From Escherichia phage vB_Eco_F31, in the sequence record OP870147.1: DNA of 64,000 nucleotides; one strand, 5' to 3'. Below are positions 27,352 through 36,448 of the stretch, piece after piece. Each line of letters opens with the position of its first letter. Within the stretch, counting starts at the first letter, position 1. The notes under the pieces are model-generated. The model made no database searches. It saw only the letters and a list, made by a program, of their open reading frames with translations, and had not been told where the DNA came from. Both the position numbers and the translations under genes were made by a program.

Positions 27352-27738
27352 TTATAGGTTCGGTTTATATGATTTAAATGTTTCGAATTCGCCTTTATTC
27401 ATAAGAGCTTTGAATTCGTCAGGACGCATAGCTTTGTCGTCGATAATCCAATCATATACTGGTTTATGTGTTAGCAAATTATGGTACTTCAAGCCAATGT
27501 TTGCCAAGTTCTGAATCAGACTTGGGAGAATGTCAATTGCTATACGACCAGGACCTACTGACTTCATACCGCGCGCAGTGTAAAGCGTTATGGTATGCCC
27601 TGCATCATACAGGGCATTAATGGCAGACACCATTTCGACGTCCGGTTTGAAGTTCACGTAATCACGATTGTTATTCCACTCTGTTATACAATCATCGACA
27701 TCAAAACAAAGATTAAGCATGTTTTCTACACGATGCAT
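27352..27738 (-). CDS. HAD-superfamily phosphatase
   Basis: about 128 aa; HAD motif I FDVDDCIT near the N-terminus; start overlaps the upstream stop (TAATG). Confidence 0.55.
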   Translation of the reverse strand: MHRVENMLNLCFDVDDCITEWNNNRDYVNFKPDVEMVSAINALYDAGHTITLYTARGMKSVGPGRIAIDILPSLIQNLANIGLKYHNLLTHKPVYDWIIDDKAMRPDEFKALMNKGEFETFKSYKPNL

Positions 27739-29423
27739 TAGATTCGTTCCCATTGATGAGTGATATCGCCACCGATTGGACGATAGGAAACACCAGTTTC
27801 TTTATCAGTTAGTACCCATTTACCAGGATTTTTTGTAATCAGAGTAGCCGTTACAGGTTCTGCTACGTCATAACTAATAGAGCCGTCTTGAAGTACACGG
27901 CCCATGTTACGTAATTGCTTAGTCAGAAGTTCCATACCTTTATAATATGCGGCTACCGCTTTAAGTGGATTATTCTTGAAATAACCACCTAATGCAATCC
28001 AGATAATTGCCACTGCCAAATGATGATACTCGTTAAACGAACTCATCTTTCCATATTTGTAAACTAATGGATTGATGTTAATAGTCACATTACAAGTTGT
28101 TTCATCAATAGTAAACTGTCCCCAGGTCGGATTAGCGTTGAATTCATCATAACCTGAAACAGCGTAAAGCACTTTAGCTTCATCGTACAATTTTGGCCCG
28201 TAAATCTTAGTTTCACCAAAATATCCACGAGGGTCGATAAACTTGACTTCGCCATTATCAGTAATCATAGTATTACTGAAGTTCGGGTCACCATGAATAA
28301 CAGAGTACTGTCCCTGAGAACGGTTATGATAACGAATAAGGTGTTCTAAAGCTTGTTTCAGCATTGGCTTCAGACGTCCAATCTTAGTGTAGTTCACGTG
28401 TGTGATTTTACCAAATGAATCAATCAATGGTTGAATGCTTTCACAACGATCAATAACTTTCGTATAGAATTCTTTAGTGAAATCACGACGGACAGTTTCA
28501 GGACTTACAAAATAAGTGTCTGTGCTGAATTTCAGTGCATCTAAAATTGCATCAACAATTTGTGGACGAGCAAGACTTGATTTGGATTTAATATATTCAA
28601 ATGCCGGCTTACCTTTAATGCGTTCCATTTCAAAGTTATTTTCATTAACAGAAACTAACTGAGGAACTGAATCTGATTTCACTTTAAGATACCATGAAAT
28701 CTCATCTTTCTGAAGAGCTCGACCCTGTTCGGTTAATGCGAATTTAGTTACAGTTTCTTCACCAATTTCAACTGCATTAAAACTACGATTAAGTTCACGA
28801 ACTTCATGAGCTTTTTCAAGTTTAGGCATATCACCTAAATCAATTAGATTCATAAGCTCTGATTTATTGAATGCGCTGCCGTAAAGGAATTCTACGAAAT
28901 CACGTCCTTTGCAGTATTCATGAATTTCCTCATCAGTAGAACCCATGTAGAATTCCCAGTCTTTAAACTGATAAATTCCTACAACATTACCGCCTGTTTC
29001 ACCTACATTAGTGATATTTTCACCATCGAAATTATACCGACATTCATCACCCTTAACATAGATTGCGTTAACATTCCAAGACCATGAACCAAAATCGGGA
29101 ATAATATCACACCAGTTAACAATTACGTTATGGCCGTCTAAATCTTTGTGTAATTTAGCAAGAGCATAAGCAGAACCATACGCTTCATCAACTGTACGAA
29201 TAGTCACATTGAACCCTTCTTGCTCACAATAAGCTCGAACAGTTTCAGCAAATTTTGAATGAACTACTACAATAATTTCATCTGCGCCAAGGTCAGAATA
29301 AATTGTATACAAATTGCTCAGAATAGTGTCTTGTTTATAGTTAACAAGCACCTTAGGAATATGATGCGTTATTGGATACAAACGAGTTGCCAGTCCAGCA
29401 CCAAGAATAACAGCTTTTTTCAT
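27738..29423 (-). CDS. bifunctional sugar-1-phosphate nucleotidyltransferase (RmlA-like, N-terminal) / anomeric sugar kinase (ChoK/APH-like, C-terminal)
   Basis: 561 aa; N-terminal MKKAVILGAGLATRLYPIT (G-x-G-x-R, cf. RmlA ILAGGSGTRLYP); C-terminal VIHGDPNFSNTMI (Brenner HGDxxxxN) and FIDPRG. Confidence 0.6.
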   Translation of the reverse strand: MKKAVILGAGLATRLYPITHHIPKVLVNYKQDTILSNLYTIYSDLGADEIIVVVHSKFAETVRAYCEQEGFNVTIRTVDEAYGSAYALAKLHKDLDGHNVIVNWCDIIPDFGSWSWNVNAIYVKGDECRYNFDGENITNVGETGGNVVGIYQFKDWEFYMGSTDEEIHEYCKGRDFVEFLYGSAFNKSELMNLIDLGDMPKLEKAHEVRELNRSFNAVEIGEETVTKFALTEQGRALQKDEISWYLKVKSDSVPQLVSVNENNFEMERIKGKPAFEYIKSKSSLARPQIVDAILDALKFSTDTYFVSPETVRRDFTKEFYTKVIDRCESIQPLIDSFGKITHVNYTKIGRLKPMLKQALEHLIRYHNRSQGQYSVIHGDPNFSNTMITDNGEVKFIDPRGYFGETKIYGPKLYDEAKVLYAVSGYDEFNANPTWGQFTIDETTCNVTININPLVYKYGKMSSFNEYHHLAVAIIWIALGGYFKNNPLKAVAAYYKGMELLTKQLRNMGRVLQDGSISYDVAEPVTATLITKNPGKWVLTDKETGVSYRPIGGDITHQWERI

Positions 29424-29464
29424 GTTGAAGTCCTCATTGGTAAGTAGGAGTATTGTACACTATT

Positions 29465-29608
29465 CTAGTTAAAGCATTCATACTTTGCTTGTAGTCCAAT
29501 CATAATCCATCCAATTACAAGTGTTGGAATCATTACTGGAGCCGTTAAGCTCCAGTAGATAGTCATGACAAGCATCAATAGTAAAAGTCCTATTGTTATT
29601 GCTTTCAT
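29465..29608 (-). CDS. small hydrophobic peptide
   Basis: 47-aa ORF (MKAITIGLLLLMLVMTIYW...), ATGA-coupled to the SIS gene stop. Confidence 0.3.
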   Translation of the reverse strand: MKAITIGLLLLMLVMTIYWSLTAPVMIPTLVIGWIMIGLQAKYECFN

Positions 29609-30240
29609 TGTTCGCCTCGTAACATGGCACCTAGTGCACCGCCTGGATGGAACTTAAGGAAATCATTAGAGGTAAATCCACGTTCAGACGAAAGGTTGAT
29701 AGCGAACGTATCGATAAGCGCTAACAACAATGTAGTAGACATTGTCGGAGCTAAAGAGTTCTCGTCAACTTCTACCGCGATACCGGTACAGAACGTATAA
29801 TCAAAAAGAGCTTCGTATTCTTGTGGAATGTCAGGGTTACAATGTAACAGAATCTGTTTAACCTGAGGACGAATCATACGAAGATGTTTAGCAACACCTA
29901 TCATTTCTTCAGTCTTACCAGAACGACTGATGTGAACTAATACATCATTAGGTGCAATAAATCCTGCGTCACCATGAGAATAATGCCCAGTGTTCAAATA
30001 CATGCTAGGAATACCTAGTGAAGCAAAAGTCTCGGAAGCTTTAGTTGCGATATTAGCATTCTTACCAACACCTGTAATAATTACCCGGCTTTCATAATTA
30101 CTAAGTCCAGGGCGTCGAAGAGTTTCTAGAATAGCATTATATCGGGCAGGGTTTTGACTAATTACTTTAGCCATAGTGGCAAGAGATGAAGCTTGTTTTA
30201 CGATTGCGTCAATAGCGATAGTAATAGGAGTAGTTTTCAT
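29605..30240 (-). CDS. SIS-domain sugar-phosphate isomerase, KdsD/GutQ (arabinose-5-phosphate isomerase)-like
   Basis: 211 aa; ITGVGKNANIATKASETFASLGIPSMYLNTGHYSHGDAGF parallels the KdsD SIS motif [38 protein letters not shown]; no CBS domains. Confidence 0.65.
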   Translation of the reverse strand: MKTTPITIAIDAIVKQASSLATMAKVISQNPARYNAILETLRRPGLSNYESRVIITGVGKNANIATKASETFASLGIPSMYLNTGHYSHGDAGFIAPNDVLVHISRSGKTEEMIGVAKHLRMIRPQVKQILLHCNPDIPQEYEALFDYTFCTGIAVEVDENSLAPTMSTTLLLALIDTFAINLSSERGFTSNDFLKFHPGGALGAMLRGEQ

Positions 30241-30280
30241 ATTTCTCTCATTTAATTAGTTGGCCATCCTTGGCATTATA

Positions 30281-32992
30281 TCAAAAATCAAACATATCGA
30301 ACAGAGATGCTTTCTTCTCGTAATCGAGTTTAGCTGCTGATGTGAATCCTTCAAGTGGTTTAATAAATGTCTTCTCAAGGAGAACAGTGTAGTCCATCCA
30401 ATGAAGTACATCATCTTTGATTAAATCAGTGATTTCCGTACCAGAAGGCCATGCGATACATTTATCACCGAACGGGTTTCCATCACGTAAAGGCAGAACG
30501 TATACCTTTTCGCCTTCTACAACTTGTGGAGCATCAATATTACCTTTGATAGCTCGGTTATATGTCAGAATTCCACGAATATGGAACGGGCATTTAGGTC
30601 CTGGATATCCACCTACATCATATTTAGCAATGTTATTCGCAGAAGATACCGACGCGATGCTAATATAATTCAATTGACGGAATTCTTTTTCAAACTCTTT
30701 AAAATATTCTTGTAATGATTCTTCACCTTCTTGAAGCATACGACGAATACATTCTTTAAGAGCTTTCTGTACTGCTTTAGGGGTCGAAGATTTCTGAGTT
30801 TCTAGACCCATGATTTTGAGTTTAGGCTCAGCGTAACGAGTACCTTCCATATCCCACACGTTTAATGCATAACGTTTCTTACCAGTCCAGAATCCACCAA
30901 TACCTTTAGAACCGAGCGGAGGACCCGCGATAGCTTCTCGGTCCATGAACATTAAGTGTTGTTTATTGTTCATGTATTCACACATTTCACGGAAACCTTT
31001 ATCAATAGCTGGTTCCATACGTTCACGTGCAAACTTATCTAAGAAGTCTACCCAATGGTTGGTATCACGGAATTTAGATTCACCAACCTTATCAATAATT
31101 TTATCTGCAGATACGTAAATGGAGTCTGTATCACCATATAGAACGAAAGCTTCACCTTCTGTACCACAAACTTCATTCAGATATTCATTAACTTTACGTT
31201 CAATCCACTGTAAAGCCATTTGCCCGAATGTTGTGATTGCAGTAGCATTACGCAAATCATAATAACGGAACCAAACGTTGCCAAGTGCACCATAAAGTGA
31301 GTTGATGAGCAATTTACGGTTAATTTGTGCAGTCATACCTGCAACTTCAGTACGTTGAGCTCTAAACAACATTTCGTTAAGAGATTTAGCAGACAACTTT
31401 TTAATCTTTTCTTTAATCTCATCACTGAAGTCGAAACGATAATCAACATCTAATGGTTCGTCAACAGAAAGATTAGGATTATGCAATGCCTCTTTAATTA
31501 TTTCACCATTACGTTGAGCTGCAAGCATGTAACCTTTATGTTCTTTACGTTGATTAAAGACTTTAGTGATTTCAGTTGGAACTACACCATCACGGTCTTT
31601 ATAATACATCATGCCGTTAGGAGAACAACTGTACACATCTGAAGGACGTTCAGCGATTGCGTTAATATAATCATGCAATGGAGCTACTTTAAACGTTCCT
31701 GCTATTGTTTCTGGGCTAATATTCACTTGGCGAATAATACTTGGATACAGAGATGTAAGGTCGAAACTCATTACATATTTGTATCGATTTGGAATAGGTT
31801 CCTTAACAAAAGCGCCAGGATAAGGTTGAACCGGGTGAGAACGACCTTGTGGAATCACCTTGTTCTGCTCTTTAAGGCTATTAAAAATAATAGCATCCCA
31901 TGTTTTAATTGGGCTAAACACAGATTGAATCTGTATCTTAGCATAATAACCCATGTCCAAACTCAAGTTGATGAACTGACGCTTAGCATCAATTTGCAAT
32001 ACACGATACACGTCGATAATGTTATAAGAAATATATCGTTGGTGATTGCTTTCACGAAGCTTAGAAATAGGGCCGTCATATTTCAGTTTACCAACGTTCA
32101 ATTCAAATTCTGAAATGTAATCCAGAGAATACGACGGTTGATTGGTAAAAGAGAATTTTTTGTAAAGGTCAATGTAATCAAGAACAGAGATACCGAACAA
32201 TGTAATGATTTCACGAGAACCATACATGTTTTCGATAACTTTAACACGAGTTTTACGATGTGGTGATAAACGTTTCGCAGTAGATTCGCCAAAAATATTC
32301 TTGATTCGGTTATACACATACGGAATATCAAATGACTCAACGTTCCATCCAGTCAAAATGACAGGAGTTTTCTGTTGCCAGAAGTTGAGATATTCCATCA
32401 ATAATTCTTTTTCATTATCAAACGGCATATAAACGATTTTGTCGATAATTTCGGATGGAACTTCATCACCACCTTGTTCTTGAAGCTTAGCAGCGATTTC
32501 AATAGACCATTCTTCCACATTACCATATGGAGAATTCAATAGATCAAATACGTAGAACCTGTCGTCAATTGAGTCATAATGGGTGATAGCATCAATCGGA
32601 TGTTTTGCTTGTGACGGCTCAGGGAACCCGTCCGGAGATGTTACTTCGATGTCGAAGTTAGCCACACGAATTTTTGTATGGTCGTATTTGATTTCATAGT
32701 TATAAGTGTCAGACAAATACGCCAATTTGAAATCGTCCATGCCAAGTGCTTCAAGCCCGATATCTTCCATGCGTTTAATCCATTGGGAGGCATCACGCAT
32801 ATTAGCGAACAACTTACGAGTACACGGTTTACCGTAGATATCGAAATATTTCGTAGCCTGACTTTCTGGACAATGAGCAAACAGTGATGGTTTATATTCT
32901 ACTTCACGAGTACGTTCACGGCCATTAGAATCGATGTAACGTTCAAAAATTGAATCACCAATCTGTTCAACCGTTAAGTAAAATTCTTTCAT
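30281..32992 (-). CDS. 43: DNA polymerase (family B), gp43
   Basis: 903 aa; exonuclease and polymerase motifs (FDIE, YGDTDS); N-terminus matches the RB69 gp43 sequence as I remember it. Confidence 0.95.
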   Translation of the reverse strand: MKEFYLTVEQIGDSIFERYIDSNGRERTREVEYKPSLFAHCPESQATKYFDIYGKPCTRKLFANMRDASQWIKRMEDIGLEALGMDDFKLAYLSDTYNYEIKYDHTKIRVANFDIEVTSPDGFPEPSQAKHPIDAITHYDSIDDRFYVFDLLNSPYGNVEEWSIEIAAKLQEQGGDEVPSEIIDKIVYMPFDNEKELLMEYLNFWQQKTPVILTGWNVESFDIPYVYNRIKNIFGESTAKRLSPHRKTRVKVIENMYGSREIITLFGISVLDYIDLYKKFSFTNQPSYSLDYISEFELNVGKLKYDGPISKLRESNHQRYISYNIIDVYRVLQIDAKRQFINLSLDMGYYAKIQIQSVFSPIKTWDAIIFNSLKEQNKVIPQGRSHPVQPYPGAFVKEPIPNRYKYVMSFDLTSLYPSIIRQVNISPETIAGTFKVAPLHDYINAIAERPSDVYSCSPNGMMYYKDRDGVVPTEITKVFNQRKEHKGYMLAAQRNGEIIKEALHNPNLSVDEPLDVDYRFDFSDEIKEKIKKLSAKSLNEMLFRAQRTEVAGMTAQINRKLLINSLYGALGNVWFRYYDLRNATAITTFGQMALQWIERKVNEYLNEVCGTEGEAFVLYGDTDSIYVSADKIIDKVGESKFRDTNHWVDFLDKFARERMEPAIDKGFREMCEYMNNKQHLMFMDREAIAGPPLGSKGIGGFWTGKKRYALNVWDMEGTRYAEPKLKIMGLETQKSSTPKAVQKALKECIRRMLQEGEESLQEYFKEFEKEFRQLNYISIASVSSANNIAKYDVGGYPGPKCPFHIRGILTYNRAIKGNIDAPQVVEGEKVYVLPLRDGNPFGDKCIAWPSGTEITDLIKDDVLHWMDYTVLLEKTFIKPLEGFTSAAKLDYEKKASLFDMFDF

Positions 32993-33051
32993 TTAATTTC
33001 CTTTAGACGAGTTATTGTCTTTTGTTTGTTGATGAACTTATTATACTCCAA

Positions 33052-33069
33052 ATGGGACCGAAGTCCCAT
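33052..33069 (-). terminator. UUCG hairpin downstream of regA, upstream of gene 43
   Basis: ATGGGAC-TTCG-GTCCCAT immediately after the regA stop, followed by TTTGGAGTATAAT. Confidence 0.4.
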
Positions 33070-33073
33070 TGCT

Positions 33074-33442
33074 TTAATTACCAATTGTATATTTTGCTTT
33101 CAAAGTCCAGTCATCTTTCTGTTTAAAAGAGATAACACGGAAGTTATTAGTCAGGCCAAACAGATCTTCACGAGCAGAGTCTTCAATAACAATCAATCCC
33201 CAGTCTTCAAGCAACTGAGCAATCGAATCACGTCGTTGATAGTCTTCACCATCAATATCAACTTGACGCCCGTCCATACGCAACATTTCTTTAAAGTGGA
33301 CGATGTAATATTTACCTTGCTTTTGGAGGATATGACAGGACTGATAAAGAACTTTATCCTTGTTATTAGCGATGCCCATACGGGTCAGAGTCTCTTTGAC
33401 TTTAAGAAAATCTTCAGGGTTCTTCAATTTAATTTCGATCAT
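33074..33442 (-). CDS. regA: translational repressor RegA
   Basis: 122 aa from MIEIKLKNPEDFLKVKETLTRMGIANNKDKVLYQSCHILQK, nearly colinear with T4 RegA. Confidence 0.85.
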   Translation of the reverse strand: MIEIKLKNPEDFLKVKETLTRMGIANNKDKVLYQSCHILQKQGKYYIVHFKEMLRMDGRQVDIDGEDYQRRDSIAQLLEDWGLIVIEDSAREDLFGLTNNFRVISFKQKDDWTLKAKYTIGN

Positions 33443-33444
33443 TT

Positions 33445-34008
33445 TTACCATTCCAATGCTAATTTTTTAAATTGTTTTTGTTCTTTCACATTTTTTGTAA
33501 CTTCTTTGAGAAACTCATCAGTGACCATGGCCTTCAGTTCTTTAAGGACTATTGGCAGCTTGTTATTTTTTTCAAGGAGCCGCTTATACTCGGTAGCATC
33601 ATTCATGTTGATTGTGTAATGTTTCATCAACAATTTGATAACTAGTAACTCTGAAGTGTCTTCAACCAGTTTAGCCCATTTAGAGAATCGTCGGCCACGC
33701 GGAATGGCGGCCATCATGTAGTTGAAGTGTGCTTCATCACTTAATTCAGAACCGACTAAGTTCATCATGTAAACAGCTGGCATACATTCCGGGAACTGTG
33801 ATAATGAGTTCTCAACCATAAATTTTGAGTAGTCAACCTGAGCAATTGACATAGATTTCTTTTCATTAATAGCATTAATGATTTTAAAGAATTCATTCTC
33901 AGGTTTTTCTTTAAACATGTCAGCACATTTTTGAATCGCATCAGCGTCGTTAGACTTCCATGCAATTTGGTGCTCGTTAAGTTGGACGTCATCATCAAAT
34001 AAGTTCAT
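33445..34008 (-). CDS. 62: clamp loader small subunit gp62
   Basis: 187 aa; synteny regA-62-44-45. Confidence 0.75.
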   Translation of the reverse strand: MNLFDDDVQLNEHQIAWKSNDADAIQKCADMFKEKPENEFFKIINAINEKKSMSIAQVDYSKFMVENSLSQFPECMPAVYMMNLVGSELSDEAHFNYMMAAIPRGRRFSKWAKLVEDTSELLVIKLLMKHYTINMNDATEYKRLLEKNNKLPIVLKELKAMVTDEFLKEVTKNVKEQKQFKKLALEW

Positions 34009-34009
34009 A

Positions 34010-34972
34010 TTATTTCCAAGTCAGTTCGCAGGTCAGTTGAAGAAGCATATACATAACATGTAATTCAATATTACTTGCTAATCCATGAAACTTATTATTT
34101 TCGCCTGCAATTTCATAAAGCGAAATAATACTTTTACCAGGTGCAACTTGGTCATAACATTCTGAAACTAATTTATCGATGAACCATGAATAATCTGCGG
34201 CATATTTTGGAGCTAATGCACGAAGCTGTTTGATATCTTTGTTCTTCATTGCTTCGATAACATCAGAGACTGTGCCACGGTCATTAGTTACGATAGACAG
34301 AATACCTGCATCAAGAACACCTTTAGACGAGTACTGGTCTAATTGGCCAATTGTACGACGAAAGTCCGGGAAGTTCTTTTTAACCAGAGCTGCAACAACT
34401 TTCATATCAGCGATTTCGATATTTTCATTCTTACAGATTTCAACCATACGATGAATCATTTTCTTCATCATCGAGATTTTATCTTCTTCGGTTGGACGTC
34501 CGAATTCGATAACTCGACAACGACTACGTAACGGTTCGATAATTCCATCGATGTTGTTAGCAGTAATAACAATAGAGCAGTTACTAGAGAATTCTTCCAT
34601 AAACGTACGAAGGTGACGTTGTGATTCGGCGAGGCCACTACGGTCAAATTCATCAATAACAATAACTTTCGGCTTGCCTTCCATTGAGACTGAACGAGCA
34701 AATGCAGTTAACGGACCGCGTACAAAATCAATTTTACAATCAGAACCGTTGACGAACATCATTTCGGCGTTGATATCGTTACATAATGCTTTTGCCACGG
34801 TTGTTTTACCGGTGCCAGGAGAAGGAGAGTGCAAAATAATATGAGGAAGTTTTCCTTTAGATACTAAAGACTTGAATGTTTCATGGTCATACGCAGGCAG
34901 AATACATTCGTCAATGGAAGAAGGACGATATTTCTGTTCTAGAATGTGTTCTTTGGAATTGATAGTAATCAT
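34010..34972 (-). CDS. 44: clamp loader large subunit gp44 (AAA+)
   Basis: 320 aa; Walker [11 protein letters not shown]; Walker B VIVIDEFD. Confidence 0.85.
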   Translation of the reverse strand: MITINSKEHILEQKYRPSSIDECILPAYDHETFKSLVSKGKLPHIILHSPSPGTGKTTVAKALCNDINAEMMFVNGSDCKIDFVRGPLTAFARSVSMEGKPKVIVIDEFDRSGLAESQRHLRTFMEEFSSNCSIVITANNIDGIIEPLRSRCRVIEFGRPTEEDKISMMKKMIHRMVEICKNENIEIADMKVVAALVKKNFPDFRRTIGQLDQYSSKGVLDAGILSIVTNDRGTVSDVIEAMKNKDIKQLRALAPKYAADYSWFIDKLVSECYDQVAPGKSIISLYEIAGENNKFHGLASNIELHVMYMLLQLTCELTWK

Positions 34973-35047
34973 GTAATTTTCCTCATTATCATTAAACTGG
35001 AGGATTTCTCCTCCATAATCGTACTACATTAAACGTAAAGCTTTGAC

Positions 35048-35734
35048 TTAGAAGTCGTGAGTAGAATCGGCTTCCATCGCAATAACATAACTTACTTGAG
35101 AGCTTTCAAACTTAGCTGCAACTTTATCACCAGCTCCCCACAACATTACTTTATAGTTACCTGGCTGAATTTTCATATTAGCCATATTGATTACGAAGTT
35201 AAAGTTGTTAGAACCATCATAATCGGTAAGAGTCAAAGAATACTTAGGACGAGTCAAGCCAGAATCTTCAACTTTATTGTAACCGTTGATAACAATTTTA
35301 CCATCTTTATTTGTAATAGCAATTGTATCAATCTGAAGACCACGTGAAACTCGAAGCAATTGTTGAAGGTCTTCAGCTTTAATTTCAGTAATCACAGAAG
35401 CCACTGGGAATTGAATTGGCTTATTAGGAAAAACAATGGTGCTCTTGTCAGCGGCAGGCCAATAAACTGTGGAACGTGTATCTGCAATTTTAATGTTGCC
35501 ATCAGTGTGCATTGAAATTTCAGCATCATCAGACACTAGACTCAAAATGCTTAAGAAGCTATTCAAATCATAAAGTGCTACGTCAAAATCAATTTCATCA
35601 GAGATATTTGCTTCCGCATAAGTGGTGCCATTAACTGCACGAGTCATAATAAATTTACCTTGACTCAGCAGAATGCCGGAGTTAATAGAGGCAAAGTTTT
35701 TCAGAATAGCGATAGTATCTTTAGACAGTTTCAT
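35048..35734 (-). CDS. 45: sliding clamp gp45
   Basis: 228 aa from MKLSKDTIAILKNF, colinear with T4 gp45. Confidence 0.85.
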   Translation of the reverse strand: MKLSKDTIAILKNFASINSGILLSQGKFIMTRAVNGTTYAEANISDEIDFDVALYDLNSFLSILSLVSDDAEISMHTDGNIKIADTRSTVYWPAADKSTIVFPNKPIQFPVASVITEIKAEDLQQLLRVSRGLQIDTIAITNKDGKIVINGYNKVEDSGLTRPKYSLTLTDYDGSNNFNFVINMANMKIQPGNYKVMLWGAGDKVAAKFESSQVSYVIAMEADSTHDF

Positions 35735-35776
35735 TTTATTTCCTTTCAAGACAATTCAAAGTTTATAACAAATTTA

Positions 35777-36193
35777 TTATGCAGCAACCATCTGCTTTTT
35801 AATAGCTTCAGGCAGTGATTCAATATATTCTGGAATTTTAGAAGCAACAATTTCACCAGCTGCAATTAGTTGTTCGTCGGCATCAACACAGTAGAAATCT
35901 TCCAGACGCTCAGAACCGTCTTTATCAAGAACGATTTTTCCGCCAGCTTCAATAGAATCTTTATAGTGCTTACGCATCAGATGAATCCACATATCAGATA
36001 CATCGTTATCAATAAAACCATAAATCATAAAACGAGTTTCTTGTGGAAGAGATTGAAGCTTTTTAGCACTTGCGTCATCACAATGCAGGACCCATGCTTT
36101 ACGAACACGATTATGGTTATGTGGGTTAGCGTCAGTACGGATAGAAGTAACTTTCAGATCAGCAGCAGTGAAACCTTTAGCAGTAGTAAACAT
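35777..36193 (-). CDS. rpbA: RNA polymerase-binding protein RpbA-like
   Basis: 138-aa ORF between 45 and 46 as in T4. Confidence 0.45.
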   Translation of the reverse strand: MFTTAKGFTAADLKVTSIRTDANPHNHNRVRKAWVLHCDDASAKKLQSLPQETRFMIYGFIDNDVSDMWIHLMRKHYKDSIEAGGKIVLDKDGSERLEDFYCVDADEQLIAAGEIVASKIPEYIESLPEAIKKQMVAA

Positions 36194-36205
36194 ATTATTT
36201 CTCTC

Positions 36206-36406
36206 TTATTCGTAGAAGTCGGTAACTGTCCATGCGGAATTGCGATTAGACATTATTTTATTATACTCATCTTTAAAAGCAGATTTGAGCATTTGTTCAG
36301 TAACAATATGTTCTTCACCTGAAAACGTATTGGTCAAAACATATTTTTTAATTTCAGGGACAACGAGAAGATGTTGACCAGTTGAATACTCCATGTTGTT
36401 CTCCAT
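36206..36406 (-). CDS. small hypothetical protein
   Basis: 66-aa ORF. Confidence 0.4.
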   Translation of the reverse strand: MENNMEYSTGQHLLVVPEIKKYVLTNTFSGEEHIVTEQMLKSAFKDEYNKIMSNRNSAWTVTDFYE

Positions 36407-36448
36407 TTAATTTGATGTGGTCATTATAACCACATCGTGTTAAAGCGT

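Noticed and set aside
33069-33096. Plus-strand MotA-box-like TTGCTTTAA near the regA/43 junction
   Set aside because: It would drive transcription antisense to regA with no plus-strand gene downstream, and spacing to a -10 is poor; probably chance.
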